From positions 165,246-229,245 of the forward strand of contig WOZJ01000057.1 of assembly GCA_011620345.1 (NCBI GenBank): 64,000 nt of DNA, in the 5' to 3' direction. The DNA is from Nitrospirota bacterium (GTDB lineage: Bacteria > UBA2233). The translations under genes were made by a program, and so were the position numbers. Within the stretch, counting starts at the first letter, position 1, and every line of letters starts with the position of its first letter. Shown one piece after another: positions 27,702 to 38,764 of the stretch. Under the pieces are notes generated by a model. It ran no database searches, was not told where the DNA came from, and was given only the letters and a program-made list of their open reading frames with translations.

Positions 27702-28838
27702 GTGCATAAAGATTTAGATACGCCCGAAAAGGCTATCCTGGTATACCCAGTAGTGGGGAAGGCTTCCTTTGGCGACTGGCAAGCAGATTTTGACGAACTT
27801 AAGGAATTGGTACGCAGCGCCGATTTGGACCTTGTGGACGAAGAGGTGGTTTTTTTAAAAGAGGTCAACTCGAAGACATTGATCGGCAAAGGAAAGCTCG
27901 AAGAGCTTCGGGGAAGGGCTGATGCCTTGGGGGTAGACCTCGCCGTTTTGGGGGTGAACGCCAGCCCTAGCAAAGAGCGCAACCTTGAAGAAGCCCTTGG
28001 GGTGCCCGTCGTCGACCGGACTCAGCTGATTTTAGGGATTTTCGCCAAAAGGGCGCGTTCCAAAGAAGGAAAGGTTCAGGTTGAATTGGCGCAGCTACGC
28101 GACCTCTTGCCAAGGCTTTCAGGCAAGGGAGGACAGCTATCGAGGCTTGGCGGTGGCATTGGTACCCGTGGCCCCGGCGAGAAGAAGCTCGAGGTGGATA
28201 GGCGCAGAATAGGCACTCGTATCCACGTCCTCAAGCAAGACTTAAAGCAGGTCGAACGCCACCGGAGGCTGCAGCGTGGGTCTGGCAGGAGAGAGTCCTT
28301 TCCGATGCTTGCGCTCATCGGTTATACCAACGCGGGAAAATCCAGCCTATTCAACATGCTGACCCACGCGCATGTTGTGGCCGAAGACAAGCTCTTTGCC
28401 ACTCTCGACCCTACTGTACGTCGGGTGCGGCTGCCCTCTGCACAAGAGGCACTGCTTGTGGATACAGTAGGCATTATCCGAGACATGCCCGAAAATTTGC
28501 TTCAGGCGTTTAGGGCAACATTTGAGGATTTTGAACAGGCCGACGCTTACATCCATGTCGTTGATGGAAGCCAGCCCAACTACAGAGCTAAGATTGAGGA
28601 AGTAAACGACGTCCTTAGGAAACTCGAGCTTTTGGGGAAGCCGGTTTTGTACGCCTTAAACAAGTCGGATCTCATTCAACCCGAGAAGCTTTGTCTGGAG
28701 GAGGACCTAAGGAAGCAGGCCGTTGTCATAAGCACAAAAACAAGCGATGGTATTCCCAAACTTGTTGAGTCCATTGAAGGACTCCTTGAAGCGCTAGCCA
28801 AACTGCCCGCCCCTAAGGGCGGTGCGGTTGGTTCGTAG
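27702..28838 (+). CDS. hflX: GTPase HflX
   Basis: GGGIGTRGPGE, GYTNAGKS, LFATLDPT, DTVG, NKSD. Confidence 0.97.
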   Translation: MHKDLDTPEKAILVYPVVGKASFGDWQADFDELKELVRSADLDLVDEEVVFLKEVNSKTLIGKGKLEELRGRADALGVDLAVLGVNASPSKERNLEEALGVPVVDRTQLILGIFAKRARSKEGKVQVELAQLRDLLPRLSGKGGQLSRLGGGIGTRGPGEKKLEVDRRRIGTRIHVLKQDLKQVERHRRLQRGSGRRESFPMLALIGYTNAGKSSLFNMLTHAHVVAEDKLFATLDPTVRRVRLPSAQEALLVDTVGIIRDMPENLLQAFRATFEDFEQADAYIHVVDGSQPNYRAKIEEVNDVLRKLELLGKPVLYALNKSDLIQPEKLCLEEDLRKQAVVISTKTSDGIPKLVESIEGLLEALAKLPAPKGGAVGS

Positions 28839-28869
28839 GGGGGTTCGGGTGTCCTGGCCCGTTAGGCTG

Positions 28870-29229
28870 ATGGGGGGGCTTTTTGTGGGATTTTTTTTGA
28901 TTGGCAACGCCCGCGCCTATCCAGCCGTGGGGAGCAACCCATTGAATCCGCCAATGGTGAACGATGCCTCGTCTCTAGAGCTCGTTTTTTACGGGGTTGA
29001 TTACGATACGGTCCAGACGGTCTTGAGTGAGGCGTTGGGAGCGAACGCCACGCCAGAGACATATTTTGATCGTGCCTTCCATGCTGCGCTCGTCCTCAAA
29101 GTCCATTCTAGAGCCGATCTTGGCGCCATCAAGGCAAAGATCGAGCAGCTTTTTAGGCGAAGAGGAATATCGGGTGGGGTGTTCTTGTTCAACAGCCGCG
29201 GAGTTGTCGTTTATGGCGCTCATCCTTAG
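28870..29229 (+). CDS. Hypothetical exported protein
   Basis: Fills the gap between hflX and the next gene; hydrophobic N-terminus ending ARA; start uncertain. Confidence 0.55.
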   Translation: MGGLFVGFFLIGNARAYPAVGSNPLNPPMVNDASSLELVFYGVDYDTVQTVLSEALGANATPETYFDRAFHAALVLKVHSRADLGAIKAKIEQLFRRRGISGGVFLFNSRGVVVYGAHP

Positions 29230-29791
29230 AGGCGTGGCGACCTATCCGAACCTCGTGACCGGAGTAAGGCTTCTCCTTGTTCCGTTGTTTGGGCTGTTCC
29301 TAAAGCATGAACGCTGGGCTTTGGGCCTCTGGCTTTGTCTTCTACTGGTAGCCACAGACGCCCTGGACGGCTTTTTGGCCCGTAGGCTTGGCCAAAGAAG
29401 CGAGCTCGGTTCCTACCTGGACCCTTTGGCAGACAAGCTTTTGGTCTTGATGGGCTTTTCTATGTTGAGTACGAAAGGGTATGTTCCCGCATGGCTGCTC
29501 GCCCTTGTTCTTTCTAGGGATGGGCTGATTCTAATCGGCGTAGGGGTCTATTTGTTGGTCAAAGGGAAGCCGATGGAGGCAAGCCCGACAAGGCTCGGAA
29601 AGGCTACAGCCGTAACGCAGTTCTTTTTTATTCTGTACTGCCTATGGGTTCTCGAAGCGGATCTTTCTAGGAATGCCATGGATCCTCTTAGGTGGGTTGT
29701 TGCAGCCTTTACTGTTGGCTCGTTTGTGCAGTACGGCTGGATTTTTCTTCGTTTATTTTATGAGCGGCCCGAACCGGATGCGGTGCCGTAA
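29213..29791 (+). CDS. CDP-alcohol phosphatidyltransferase (PgsA-like)
   Basis: PNLVTGVR, TDALDGFLAR, GSYLDPLADK, SRD motifs. Confidence 0.92.
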   Translation: MALILRGVATYPNLVTGVRLLLVPLFGLFLKHERWALGLWLCLLLVATDALDGFLARRLGQRSELGSYLDPLADKLLVLMGFSMLSTKGYVPAWLLALVLSRDGLILIGVGVYLLVKGKPMEASPTRLGKATAVTQFFFILYCLWVLEADLSRNAMDPLRWVVAAFTVGSFVQYGWIFLRLFYERPEPDAVP

Positions 29792-29859
29792 AGGGCCTTC
29801 ATGGTGCTTTTCCTTCCAAAGGGATTGTGCTAAACTCCCCTGATGAAGGAATTCTTTTT

Positions 29860-29934
29860 AGGCGCGTAGCTCAGGGGTAGAGCGCTGCTCTGACGCAGCA
29901 GAGGTCGGCGGTTCGAAGCCGCCCGCGCCTACCA
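29860..29934 (+). tRNA. tRNA-Val(GAC)
   Basis: AGGCGCG...CGCGCCT-ACCA; anticodon arm CTGCT-CTGACGC-AGCAG. Confidence 0.96.
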
Positions 29935-30048
29935 AAGCTGTTAAAGGCATGCTCAAGCATCTATTGCTTATTCTATCCGCTATCGTTCGAAGCTTCAGGG
30001 GTAGAAAAGGCGAGGGCTAGGCTTGAAGCAGAGCTGTTTGGAAGGATC

Positions 30049-31983
30049 ATGGTTAGTATCGTATACAACGGTAAGTCCTACGAAATCCCGGCGGGACGGC
30101 GTTTTCAAGATGTCGTACGGGATGATTTCGAAGAAAACCTCGAGGACGTGATCGCCGTGAGTCTCGATGGTATTCTTTTGGACCTTACCTCTTCCGTAGA
30201 GCACGGCGGGGAAGCGAAGATCGTCTGGAAGGACGATCCGGAAGCCGTTGGCATTGTTCGGCATTCGTCGGCCCACTTGATGGCCCAGGCCATCAAGCGG
30301 CTGTTCAAGGGGGTAAGGCTTGCGATTGGTCCGGCGACGGACACCGGTTTTTACTACGATGTCGACCTTGATGTTTCTTTAGGGCAAGAAGACCTTGCCA
30401 GGATCGAAGAAGAGATGGCCCATATTAGGGAGGAGAACCTGCCGATCGAGCGGATAGAGATGCCGAGAGAGGAGGCGATCAAGCTGTTCGATGGGATGGG
30501 CGAGCGCTACAAGGTCGAGCTCTTAAAAGAGATCAAAGACGACACGGTCAGCCTCTACAGGCAAGGAGAATTCATTGACCTCTGCAGGGGGCCTCATGTT
30601 TCCTCGACCGGAATGTTGCGCGCATTTAAGCTCGAAAGCCTGGCCGGGGCGTACTGGAGGGGGAATGAGCATAACCCTATGCTTCAGCGAATCTATGGGC
30701 TTGCCTTTCCAAAAGAAGAGCAATTGCAAGAACAGCTTGCTTTCTTGGAGGAGGTCAAGCGTAGGGATCACAGAAGACTTGGGGCTCAGCTTGAGCTGTT
30801 TGCCGTTTCCGATAAGGTAGGGGGCGGCCTGATCCTCTGGTTGCCTAACGGAGCCATCCTGCGAGAGCTGATCGAATCAGACCTCAAAGCCCGCCAAAAA
30901 CGTGCCGGTTACCAGTTTGTCAATACGCCCCACGTTGCGCTCTCCGAGCTTTGGCGTACGAGTGGCCACCTGGACTTCTACGAACAAAGCATGTTTCCGG
31001 CGATGGAGCTCGAGGGGTCAAGCTACCGTGTGAAGCCCATGAATTGCCCGTTTCATACCCAGATTTACGAACAAAAGGTTCGAAGCTACCGCGACCTTCC
31101 GCTTCGCCTGGCAGAGTTTGGGACGGTCTACAGGTTCGAAAGGTCCGGAACGTTGCATGGGCTGCTCCGTGTGCGGGGTTTCACGCAGGACGATGCTCAC
31201 GTCTTTTGCAAACCATCGGACTTAAGCGCGGAAATTGAGGCGATTCTCGGCCTTATGGACGAGATCTACAGACAGTACCACTTCGATCGTTACGAAGTGT
31301 TTTTAAGCACGCGCCCCGAGAGGTACGTAGGCGATGAAAAAAGCTGGGATATGGCTACTCAAGCGCTCGAATCGGCGCTCAAGGCCAAAGGAATTGCCTA
31401 CGAAATAGACCCAGGAGAGGGCGTTTTCTACGGACCGAAGATCGACGTCAAGGTGCTAGATAGCATCGGAAGGCTTTGGCAGTGTACGACCATCCAAGTA
31501 GACTTCAACCTGCCAGAGCGTTTTGGCTTGTCCTATACGGACGGGGACGGAGTGAGAAAGCCCCCAATCATGGTGCATAGGGCTCTGTTGGGTTCGTTGG
31601 AACGTTTTGTCGGTATCCTAACCGAGCACTACGCGGGGTATTTCCCGTTTTGGTTGGCGCCCGTTCAAGCGTTGATCGTGCCTGTTTCTCAATCGCAGCT
31701 ATCTTACGCCAGGGAACTCGCGTCTTTCTTTGCCGAGAAGGACCTGCGCATTCAGGTGGACGAAACAGACGAACGTCTAGGGTTAAAAATTAGGCGTTCA
31801 GAGCTCAAGAAAATACCCGCCATTTTGGTGGTTGGCAAAAAAGAAGAGGCATCAGGGACGATAAGCCTTCGTTTGACCGGTTCAGGCCAAACGCAAACGA
31901 TGAGCCGAGAACAACTCTTGACTATCCTTTGGACCGCCGTTGCGAGCAGGACGAAGGAGCTGTCCGCGCTGAGTGTTGGATAA
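30049..31983 (+). CDS. thrS: Threonyl-tRNA synthetase
   Basis: RHSSAHLMAQA, DLCRGPH, KPMNCP, RVRGFTQDD, FYGPKID. Confidence 0.98.
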   Translation: MVSIVYNGKSYEIPAGRRFQDVVRDDFEENLEDVIAVSLDGILLDLTSSVEHGGEAKIVWKDDPEAVGIVRHSSAHLMAQAIKRLFKGVRLAIGPATDTGFYYDVDLDVSLGQEDLARIEEEMAHIREENLPIERIEMPREEAIKLFDGMGERYKVELLKEIKDDTVSLYRQGEFIDLCRGPHVSSTGMLRAFKLESLAGAYWRGNEHNPMLQRIYGLAFPKEEQLQEQLAFLEEVKRRDHRRLGAQLELFAVSDKVGGGLILWLPNGAILRELIESDLKARQKRAGYQFVNTPHVALSELWRTSGHLDFYEQSMFPAMELEGSSYRVKPMNCPFHTQIYEQKVRSYRDLPLRLAEFGTVYRFERSGTLHGLLRVRGFTQDDAHVFCKPSDLSAEIEAILGLMDEIYRQYHFDRYEVFLSTRPERYVGDEKSWDMATQALESALKAKGIAYEIDPGEGVFYGPKIDVKVLDSIGRLWQCTTIQVDFNLPERFGLSYTDGDGVRKPPIMVHRALLGSLERFVGILTEHYAGYFPFWLAPVQALIVPVSQSQLSYARELASFFAEKDLRIQVDETDERLGLKIRRSELKKIPAILVVGKKEEASGTISLRLTGSGQTQTMSREQLLTILWTAVASRTKELSALSVG

Positions 31984-31999
31984 AAAAAGGGGGGGAAAG

Positions 32000-32539
32000 A
32001 TTACACAGCGAGACGTTACCCAGGAACCTCGAACAGGACCGGAAGAGCCGCTTCCCGATGTGCTTCGCCTCGTTGACGAGGAAGGGGGGCAGTTGGGGGT
32101 TCTTTCTTCAAAAGACGCACTCGTGATCGCCCAGGAAAGAGGGCTGGATCTTGTGGTTGTTTCTCCTAAGGCCGATCCACCCGTGTATCGGCTGATGGAT
32201 TACGGCAAGTATAAGTATCTCCAGCGCAAGAAGCAGCAAGAAAGCAAGCGCAAGCAAGTCTCCATAGAAATGAAGGAGATTAAGCTGAGCCCAAGGACGG
32301 ATACCCATGACATCGAAGTCAAAGTAAAGCATATCCTTAGGTTCCTAGAAGAGGGCAATAAGGCCAAGGTAAACGTTGTCTTTAAAGGAAGAGAACTTGC
32401 AAGGCCGGCCTTAGGGCTTGAAATCTTCGAACAGATCAAGCAAAGGCTGGAGGACGGCGCCCTTATTGAATCTGAGCCCAAGATGGAGGGGAAGGTCATG
32501 AGCATGGTCCTTGCCCCAAAGGCCAAGAAAAAAACGTAG
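32000..32539 (+). CDS. infC: Translation initiation factor IF-3 (likely ATT start)
   Basis: PPVYRLMDYGKY, KEIKLSP; in-frame ATT at 32000 after a G-rich SD. Confidence 0.95.
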   Translation: MTQRDVTQEPRTGPEEPLPDVLRLVDEEGGQLGVLSSKDALVIAQERGLDLVVVSPKADPPVYRLMDYGKYKYLQRKKQQESKRKQVSIEMKEIKLSPRTDTHDIEVKVKHILRFLEEGNKAKVNVVFKGRELARPALGLEIFEQIKQRLEDGALIESEPKMEGKVMSMVLAPKAKKKT

Positions 32540-32549
32540 AGGAGCAACC

Positions 32550-32753
32550 ATGGCAAAAAACAAGATCAAAACCTGCCGGTCTCTTGCAAAGAGGCTGAAG
32601 ATAACGGGTGGGGGGAAGATCAAAAGGATGAAGTCGGGCAAGAGTCACCTCCTTACCTGCAAGTCAAGAAAGCGCAAGAGGGGCCTTCGGCATGCCGCGC
32701 TGGTCGATACAACGCTGGTATGGGCGGTCAACCGTATGGCGCCATACCTTTAA
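32550..32753 (+). CDS. rpmI: 50S ribosomal protein L35
   Basis: KIKT..AKRLKITGGGKIKR..H; lies between infC and rplT. Confidence 0.95.
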   Translation: MAKNKIKTCRSLAKRLKITGGGKIKRMKSGKSHLLTCKSRKRKRGLRHAALVDTTLVWAVNRMAPYL

Positions 32754-32771
32754 GGAAAAGGAGACGGATCG

Positions 32772-33131
32772 ATGGCACGCGCAAAAGGTGGCCCGACTCG
32801 GGCAAGGCGTAGGAAGCGCATTCTCAATAGGGCGGAAGGATACTACGGGGCAAGGAGTAGGCTACATCGAATTGCCTCTCAGTCTGTAGACAAAGCGCTC
32901 CAATATGCCTACGCAGACAGAAAGAAAAGAAAACGCGAGTTTCGCAAGCTTTGGATCGTTCGGATCAACGCAATGGTCAGGGAGCTTGGGCTTACCTACA
33001 GCGCGTTCATGGGCATGCTCGCAAAGCGAGGGGTAGCCCTGAATAGAAAAATGCTCGCTAAAATGGCCTACGAAGACGCCGCTTGGTTCAAGGCGCTCGT
33101 TGAGGAGCTGCGCTCGGCGAATGCAGCCTGA
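32772..33131 (+). CDS. rplT: 50S ribosomal protein L20
   Basis: GYYGARS, RKREFRKLWIVRINA, LNRKMLA. Confidence 0.97.
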   Translation: MARAKGGPTRARRRKRILNRAEGYYGARSRLHRIASQSVDKALQYAYADRKKRKREFRKLWIVRINAMVRELGLTYSAFMGMLAKRGVALNRKMLAKMAYEDAAWFKALVEELRSANAA

Positions 33132-34152
33132 AGCACCAGAACGCCTCGAAGAGCTCGTAGCACGCGCGCTCGAGGATTTAGAAAGCGTCAAGACGATTGA
33201 AGCGCTTGATTCGCTCAAGACCAGGCTCTTGGGTAGGAAGGGCCTTCTTGCCGACGCGTTCGCGGGCATGCGAATGCTTCCAGAGGATCGGCGTGGCCGC
33301 TTTGGCAAGCAGCTAAATGAAGCCAAAGCATCCATGCTGGAGAGGTTTGAGGCAAAAAAGCGCCAGCTCGAGACAGGGCAAAAGGCTAACCCCTCCTCTT
33401 CTGTGCTGGATGTCTCCTTGCCAGGGCCTTTGCCGCAAGTAGGAAAGCTCCACCCCATAAGCCAGGTGCAAGACGAGATCCTTGCCATCTTCATGCAAAT
33501 GGGCTACAGCGTCGCCAAAGGGCCGGAGTTGGAAGACGACTACCATAATTTTGAAGCGCTCAATATCCCCAAGCACCATCCGGCGAGGGATATGCAAGAC
33601 ACCTTCTTCGTCCAGGATACGGGTGGTTTTTTGCTGCGGACTCATACCTCTCCGGTCCAGATCCGGGTAATGGAGCGTCTAGGCGTTCCCGCTCAGGTCG
33701 TGGCTCCTGGAAGAGTTTACAGAAGAGACCTCGACCCTACCCACTCTCCTATGTTTCACCAGGTTGAGGGGCTGATGATCGACAAGGACGTCTCGTTTGC
33801 AGACCTAATCGGTACGCTTGATTTCTTCTCCAAGCGATTCTTCGGCCCGGACGCCGCCGTTCGTTTTAGGCCTAGCTACTTCCCCTTTACAGAGCCCAGC
33901 GCCGAGGTTGACGTACGCTGTATTTTTTGCAAAGGGGAAGGCTGCCGGGTATGCAAGAATTCCGGCTACCTCGAGGTCTTGGGTTGCGGGATGGTTCATC
34001 CTGCCGTCCTTGAAGCCTGCAGGGTCGACCCGGATGCGTGGCAAGGCTTTGCTTTTGGCCTGGGAGTCGAGCGGTTGGCCATGCTCAAGCTTGGCATCGA
34101 CGACATTCGGCTGTTCTACGAAAACCACCCGAGCTTTCTTGCGCAGTTCTAG
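33121..34152 (+). CDS. pheS: Phenylalanyl-tRNA synthetase alpha subunit
   Basis: HPARDMQDTF, LRTHTSPVQ, FHQVEG, FPFTEPS, FGLGVER. Confidence 0.98.
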   Translation: MQPEAPERLEELVARALEDLESVKTIEALDSLKTRLLGRKGLLADAFAGMRMLPEDRRGRFGKQLNEAKASMLERFEAKKRQLETGQKANPSSSVLDVSLPGPLPQVGKLHPISQVQDEILAIFMQMGYSVAKGPELEDDYHNFEALNIPKHHPARDMQDTFFVQDTGGFLLRTHTSPVQIRVMERLGVPAQVVAPGRVYRRDLDPTHSPMFHQVEGLMIDKDVSFADLIGTLDFFSKRFFGPDAAVRFRPSYFPFTEPSAEVDVRCIFCKGEGCRVCKNSGYLEVLGCGMVHPAVLEACRVDPDAWQGFAFGLGVERLAMLKLGIDDIRLFYENHPSFLAQF

Positions 34153-34154
34153 GT

Positions 34155-36557
34155 ATGCTGGCTTCAAAGGGATTGCTGGAAAGGCTTGCAGGTTTTTCTA
34201 TTCCGCTCGATAGGCTCGAGGCAACGCTCATGCAGGCCGGGTTTGAGCTCGAGAATATCCAGAACTTCGTACCCGAGTTTCAAGGCGTTGTCACGGCCTC
34301 GATCGAGGAAATTCGCAAACACCCCAATGCCGACCGGCTGAGCCTTTGTCGGCTTCGCTCGAATGGGCGAACATTCGACGTCGTCTGCGGGGCGACGAAC
34401 ATCCACGAGGGGGTTGTCGTCCCTTTAGCCTTAGAAGGCGCTACGCTTCAAGGGAGGACGATTTCTGCCGCCAAGATCCGTGGGATCGCCTCGGAGGGAA
34501 TGCTTTGCTCCCAAAAAGAGCTCGGCGTCTCCCAGGAGCACGAGGGAATCTGGCTGCTTCCTAAAGGAACACCCGTTGGCGTGCCCCTGGAGGAAGCCTT
34601 AGGGCTTCCTGACGTGGTTTTCGATGTCAGCATTCCTCCAAATCGGGGAGATGCCCTGTCCCATTTCGGCCTCCTTCGAGAGCTTCTTATGATTTTGGGC
34701 GAGCCTTCACCGCGGCTTCCCGTGCAGGAATCACTCCCGTTTGTTGGAGAAACGCCGGTTGAAATAGATCTGGCCGAGGATTGCGGCTGCACAGGATATG
34801 TCGGAACCTTGCTCGAGAACTTAGAGGAAATTCAAACCCCCCTTTGGCTATCTAGGCTTCTTTTGAGGCTTGGCAAGCGTTCCGTAGACTTTTGGGTCGA
34901 TCTTGCCAATTACGTGCTTCTGGAGGTTGGCCAGCCCTTGCATACATTCGATGCCGATCTCCTGAAGGGCGCGAAAATTCACGTGCGCTCGGACATAGGG
35001 GAAAGAGAGTTCCGTGCGCTCGATTCCAGGGCCTACAAAATACCGAAAGGGGCCGTTTGGATCCTCGATGAAGAAGGGCCGGTTGCCCTGGCAGGCATCA
35101 TCGGCGGTGCCGACTCGATGGTAACGTCATCTACCCGGCGGGTCCTTCTTGAAGCCGCCCGTTTCGACCCTATACGCATACGAAAGACCGCGAGAGAGCT
35201 GCGACTCACTACGGATGCGTCTTTCCGGTTTGAGCGCGGTGTAGAAAAAGAACTTGCCCCGTTGGCAACCATGCGCTTCCTTGGACTGACGCTGGAGGAG
35301 TGTCCCGGAGTTCAGCTTTACCGCCCCAGCGTTGCTGGGGATTTTCAAAGCCCTCGGACGACAGTGCATATCGTTCTCCCCAAGGTTGAAAAGCTTCTAG
35401 GCTTTCCCCTGTCCAATGAAAAGGCGTTTGATATGCTTGGGCGTTTGGGTGAAATCATCGAAGGCCCCGAAAGCGGGTTTGACCTGCGGGTTGCTTCTTA
35501 TCGGCAAGACATCCAAAGGCCGTGCGATGTTGCCGAGGAAATCGCAAGGTTCGTGGGCTATGGATCGTTCCTGCAAACCATGCCAAAGCCGGTATATTCG
35601 GTAGCGATGGAAGCCACGCTTGCCGAGCTTCCCGTGGTGGTTGAGACAAAGGCCTATCTTAGGGCTTATGGGTTCTGCGAGGTGGTGACTTACCCGTTTT
35701 CGAGCCGGAATATGCTCGAGGCGCTAGAGGGCTTTGACCCGTTTGACATGGGGAGCTCTTTAATGCTTGAAAACCCCCTCCAGGCAACAGACCCCTACCT
35801 CAGAAACACCCTTGCCTTAAGCTTGATGAAGGTATTAAGGACGCATACGGGCGCCGCAAAGGATGTCGTACGGTGCTTTGAGGTTGCACGTATTTTTGGA
35901 CGTTCAAAGGAAGGCAAGCCATCCGAGCGAGAGACGCTTGGAATCCTTCTCAAGGGCGGCCTCGCCAGGGCAGTTTGGGAAAGAGCTGTCCCTTTAAGCC
36001 CTTTGCAGGCCTTAAAGGGTATTGCCGAGAATGTCTTGAGTTTTTTGTGCCTTTCTCGTAGCGTCGTTCGGCCGGAAAGCGGCCTTTTCTGGGAGGCCAA
36101 CAGGGGTTTTCGTATCGAGGAGGCGGCCTCGGGCTCTCCTGTCGCCGTGTTCGGAGAGGTATCCCAAAAGGCGCTCCGAGCGTTCGATGTGAAGACGAAA
36201 GGGGTTTATTTTTTGGAAGTTCTTTTTCCTCAGGTCCAAAAGGCCAGGACAACGGCTTACCGGCCTTTTGGGCGCTTTCCGGCTGTATTGCGGGATATCT
36301 CGTTTGTCGCTCCCGAACAGTTGGCCTACCAAGAGCTTGAGGATGCCATCGAACGTTGCCGCCCTGAACTCTTGGCAGCTTACGAACTTTTCGACGTGTA
36401 CCAAGGAGGGGCTATCCCTCCCGGGTTTAAAGTGTATAATGTGAGGTGTACGTACCAGAGTATGGAGCGAACGCTTACCGATGAAGAGGCGAATGGCGTA
36501 CACTTTGGGTTCATCGAACAGCTCACCCAAAAGCTTCCCATCAAATTACGGACCTAA
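34155..36557 (+). CDS. pheT: Phenylalanyl-tRNA synthetase beta subunit
   Basis: [38 protein letters not shown]. Confidence 0.97.
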   Translation: MLASKGLLERLAGFSIPLDRLEATLMQAGFELENIQNFVPEFQGVVTASIEEIRKHPNADRLSLCRLRSNGRTFDVVCGATNIHEGVVVPLALEGATLQGRTISAAKIRGIASEGMLCSQKELGVSQEHEGIWLLPKGTPVGVPLEEALGLPDVVFDVSIPPNRGDALSHFGLLRELLMILGEPSPRLPVQESLPFVGETPVEIDLAEDCGCTGYVGTLLENLEEIQTPLWLSRLLLRLGKRSVDFWVDLANYVLLEVGQPLHTFDADLLKGAKIHVRSDIGEREFRALDSRAYKIPKGAVWILDEEGPVALAGIIGGADSMVTSSTRRVLLEAARFDPIRIRKTARELRLTTDASFRFERGVEKELAPLATMRFLGLTLEECPGVQLYRPSVAGDFQSPRTTVHIVLPKVEKLLGFPLSNEKAFDMLGRLGEIIEGPESGFDLRVASYRQDIQRPCDVAEEIARFVGYGSFLQTMPKPVYSVAMEATLAELPVVVETKAYLRAYGFCEVVTYPFSSRNMLEALEGFDPFDMGSSLMLENPLQATDPYLRNTLALSLMKVLRTHTGAAKDVVRCFEVARIFGRSKEGKPSERETLGILLKGGLARAVWERAVPLSPLQALKGIAENVLSFLCLSRSVVRPESGLFWEANRGFRIEEAASGSPVAVFGEVSQKALRAFDVKTKGVYFLEVLFPQVQKARTTAYRPFGRFPAVLRDISFVAPEQLAYQELEDAIERCRPELLAAYELFDVYQGGAIPPGFKVYNVRCTYQSMERTLTDEEANGVHFGFIEQLTQKLPIKLRT

Positions 36558-36563
36558 GAAAGG

Positions 36564-36641
<78 letters not shown>

Positions 36642-36683
36642 TCTTCCTCCTAATACCTACGAACCAATCAGACGGGTAGGATC

Positions 36684-37493
36684 ATGCAGGAAACGCGGCC
36701 TCTCGTTCTCGTGACGAACGATGACGGCGTCGATTCTGACGGCATTGAGGCGCTGGCCGCTGCCGCTGGCGCATTTGGTGAAGTATGGGTTGTTGCCCCC
36801 AGTTCCGAACAGAGCGGAGTAGGGCATGGTATCACGCTTCACCGGCCATTAAAAGTTGAGCAGTGCTCCGAAAGAACGTACTGCGTCAACGGAACCCCAT
36901 CCGATTGCGTATGGCTTGCGATTCGAAGCCTATTGCCAAGAAAACCGAGACTTGTCCTTTCTGGGATCAACAGGGGTGCAAATCTTGGTGAAGACGTGAC
37001 CTATTCAGGCACGGTGGCGGGCGCAATGGAAGGCGCGCTGCGTGGAGTACCTTCTATTGCCTTTTCGCTTGTCGGCAGGGATGTGTTCGATTTTTCTTGG
37101 ACAAAAGATTGGGTGTACAAGGTCATCGAAGGGATGGAGGCGCTGCAAGACGAAGGGGATCTCTTGCTGTCCGTCAACCTTCCTCCTTTTGGAAACGGGT
37201 GGATACGCGGGATTCAGGTCACGCGAATGGCCAGGGGGCTTTGCAGGGTTGACGGCCATGTGGTTGCGACCACCGACCCGGAGGGCAACAAGATATACAG
37301 CTTTGCCAAAAAAGACATTCTTAGCGACCTTGAGCCGGGTACGGATGTGTACGCCGTCTTGAACGGATATGTATCTGTTACGCCTCTTGTTCTTGACTGG
37401 ACAAGATACAGCATGTCTGGGGCGCTAGAGCAAGCTTACGCCTTAAAGGCGCAGAACCCGAAACAGAGCACGGTGGCAAGGGAGGTCCTTTAA
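36684..37493 (+). CDS. surE: 5'/3'-nucleotidase SurE
   Basis: LVTNDDG, GTPSDCV, SGINRGANLG, YSGTV. Confidence 0.96.
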   Translation: MQETRPLVLVTNDDGVDSDGIEALAAAAGAFGEVWVVAPSSEQSGVGHGITLHRPLKVEQCSERTYCVNGTPSDCVWLAIRSLLPRKPRLVLSGINRGANLGEDVTYSGTVAGAMEGALRGVPSIAFSLVGRDVFDFSWTKDWVYKVIEGMEALQDEGDLLLSVNLPPFGNGWIRGIQVTRMARGLCRVDGHVVATTDPEGNKIYSFAKKDILSDLEPGTDVYAVLNGYVSVTPLVLDWTRYSMSGALEQAYALKAQNPKQSTVAREVL

Positions 37494-37517
37494 ATTTTTT
37501 GGTTCGATCGACGCGTT

Positions 37518-38342
37518 GTGCAGGTTTGCCTGTGGATTTTTCTACTCTTGCCTTCAGCAGAAGGGCGTGCGCATGGGCTTTGGGTCCAGGAGGAGAAGGC
37601 ATGGGTGAGCTACCTGTGGTTTACAAGGGTCGATGGCGAGCGCCCCTACCTTAAAATCCTTGGGCAAGCTTTGAACGAACAAGAACTTGAGCTCATCGAG
37701 AGAATTGCCCTGAAAGAAGTAGAGATGCTTAACGAGATATCCAAAATGAGGAACTCGAACCGTCAGAAGCCTGTCAAGATGTTCAAAGAGCTCCACGCGA
37801 TCCTCCCAGAACGAATCGCAGAATTATTAGGGGTTGCCGTGGAGCAGGCCAGGGAGGATTGGCTGAGGATGAGGGATCGGGCAAGAATTACCTTTCCCCA
37901 AAACATAGCGCTCGTGTACGCTACGCAGTATCACGGAGATACCGCTCTCGAGGCGGCGTTGCCGGATAAGTTTGTCAAGTTTGCCAACAGAGGGTGGAGG
38001 GTTCAGCCCGGTTACGAAAGCCCCCCCTTCTTTGCGTTTCTTCGCCTTCAAGCGGGAAGCGGCCAATTCATCGGATTTCCTGTCTGGGACGTTGGACCCT
38101 GGAACGAGGATGACGACTACTGGCACGATGGGGGCCGAAGGCGCATGTTTGGAGACCTTCCAAGAGGCCTTCCCGAGGCCGAGGCCGCTTTTTTTGACGG
38201 CTACAACGGGGGGAAGGACCAGTTTGGTAGACCCATCCTAAACCCGGCCGGTGTAGACCTGACTACAGAGGCTGCGGCACGTTTGGGCCTTGATCCGCTT
38301 GAAAATGCCTGGGTCGAACTCGATATGGGGGAACTTTCGTGA
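37518..38342 (+). CDS. Hypothetical exported protein with a possible RlpA-like (DPBB) C-terminal domain
   Basis: AALP...WDVGPW...AGVDL pattern resembles double-psi beta-barrel proteins. Confidence 0.6.
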   Translation: MQVCLWIFLLLPSAEGRAHGLWVQEEKAWVSYLWFTRVDGERPYLKILGQALNEQELELIERIALKEVEMLNEISKMRNSNRQKPVKMFKELHAILPERIAELLGVAVEQAREDWLRMRDRARITFPQNIALVYATQYHGDTALEAALPDKFVKFANRGWRVQPGYESPPFFAFLRLQAGSGQFIGFPVWDVGPWNEDDDYWHDGGRRRMFGDLPRGLPEAEAAFFDGYNGGKDQFGRPILNPAGVDLTTEAAARLGLDPLENAWVELDMGELS

Positions 38343-38764
38343 AGATCAAATGGCAGGTTGGGTTGACCCTATGTTTCTCGCTGCTCCTTGGCTGCGGCAA
38401 CAAGGAGGCATACTACAAAAGCGTTGCGCACGACTTAAACGCCACCATCCGGCTTCAAGAAGAGGTTGATTCGGGGCATAATACGGGCAACCTAGACCCT
38501 AAAGATACGGCCATGCGCTTTCTGAATGAATCCTTAAACGACCCCGGTCCGTTCGAAGATGTTCGCGTCGGGAAGGAAAAAAAGGGGCGCGTTCGGGTAT
38601 GGGTGCGTTCTTTACGGTCCGGCTATGAGCTTGAGCTATTTCGGCCAATCCGCCCTGACTCCAGCGGAATTTTTGTGGTGAGCGGCTACCGGACGCTTTC
38701 CCCAGAAGAGGTAGCCAAAAGCTTCCCTAAGGAAAAACCCAAGGATCCTTCGGAAACGAACTAA
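38339..38764 (+). CDS. Hypothetical lipoprotein
   Basis: Lipobox LLGC; overlaps the upstream stop (GTGA). Confidence 0.75.
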   Translation: MKIKWQVGLTLCFSLLLGCGNKEAYYKSVAHDLNATIRLQEEVDSGHNTGNLDPKDTAMRFLNESLNDPGPFEDVRVGKEKKGRVRVWVRSLRSGYELELFRPIRPDSSGIFVVSGYRTLSPEEVAKSFPKEKPKDPSETN

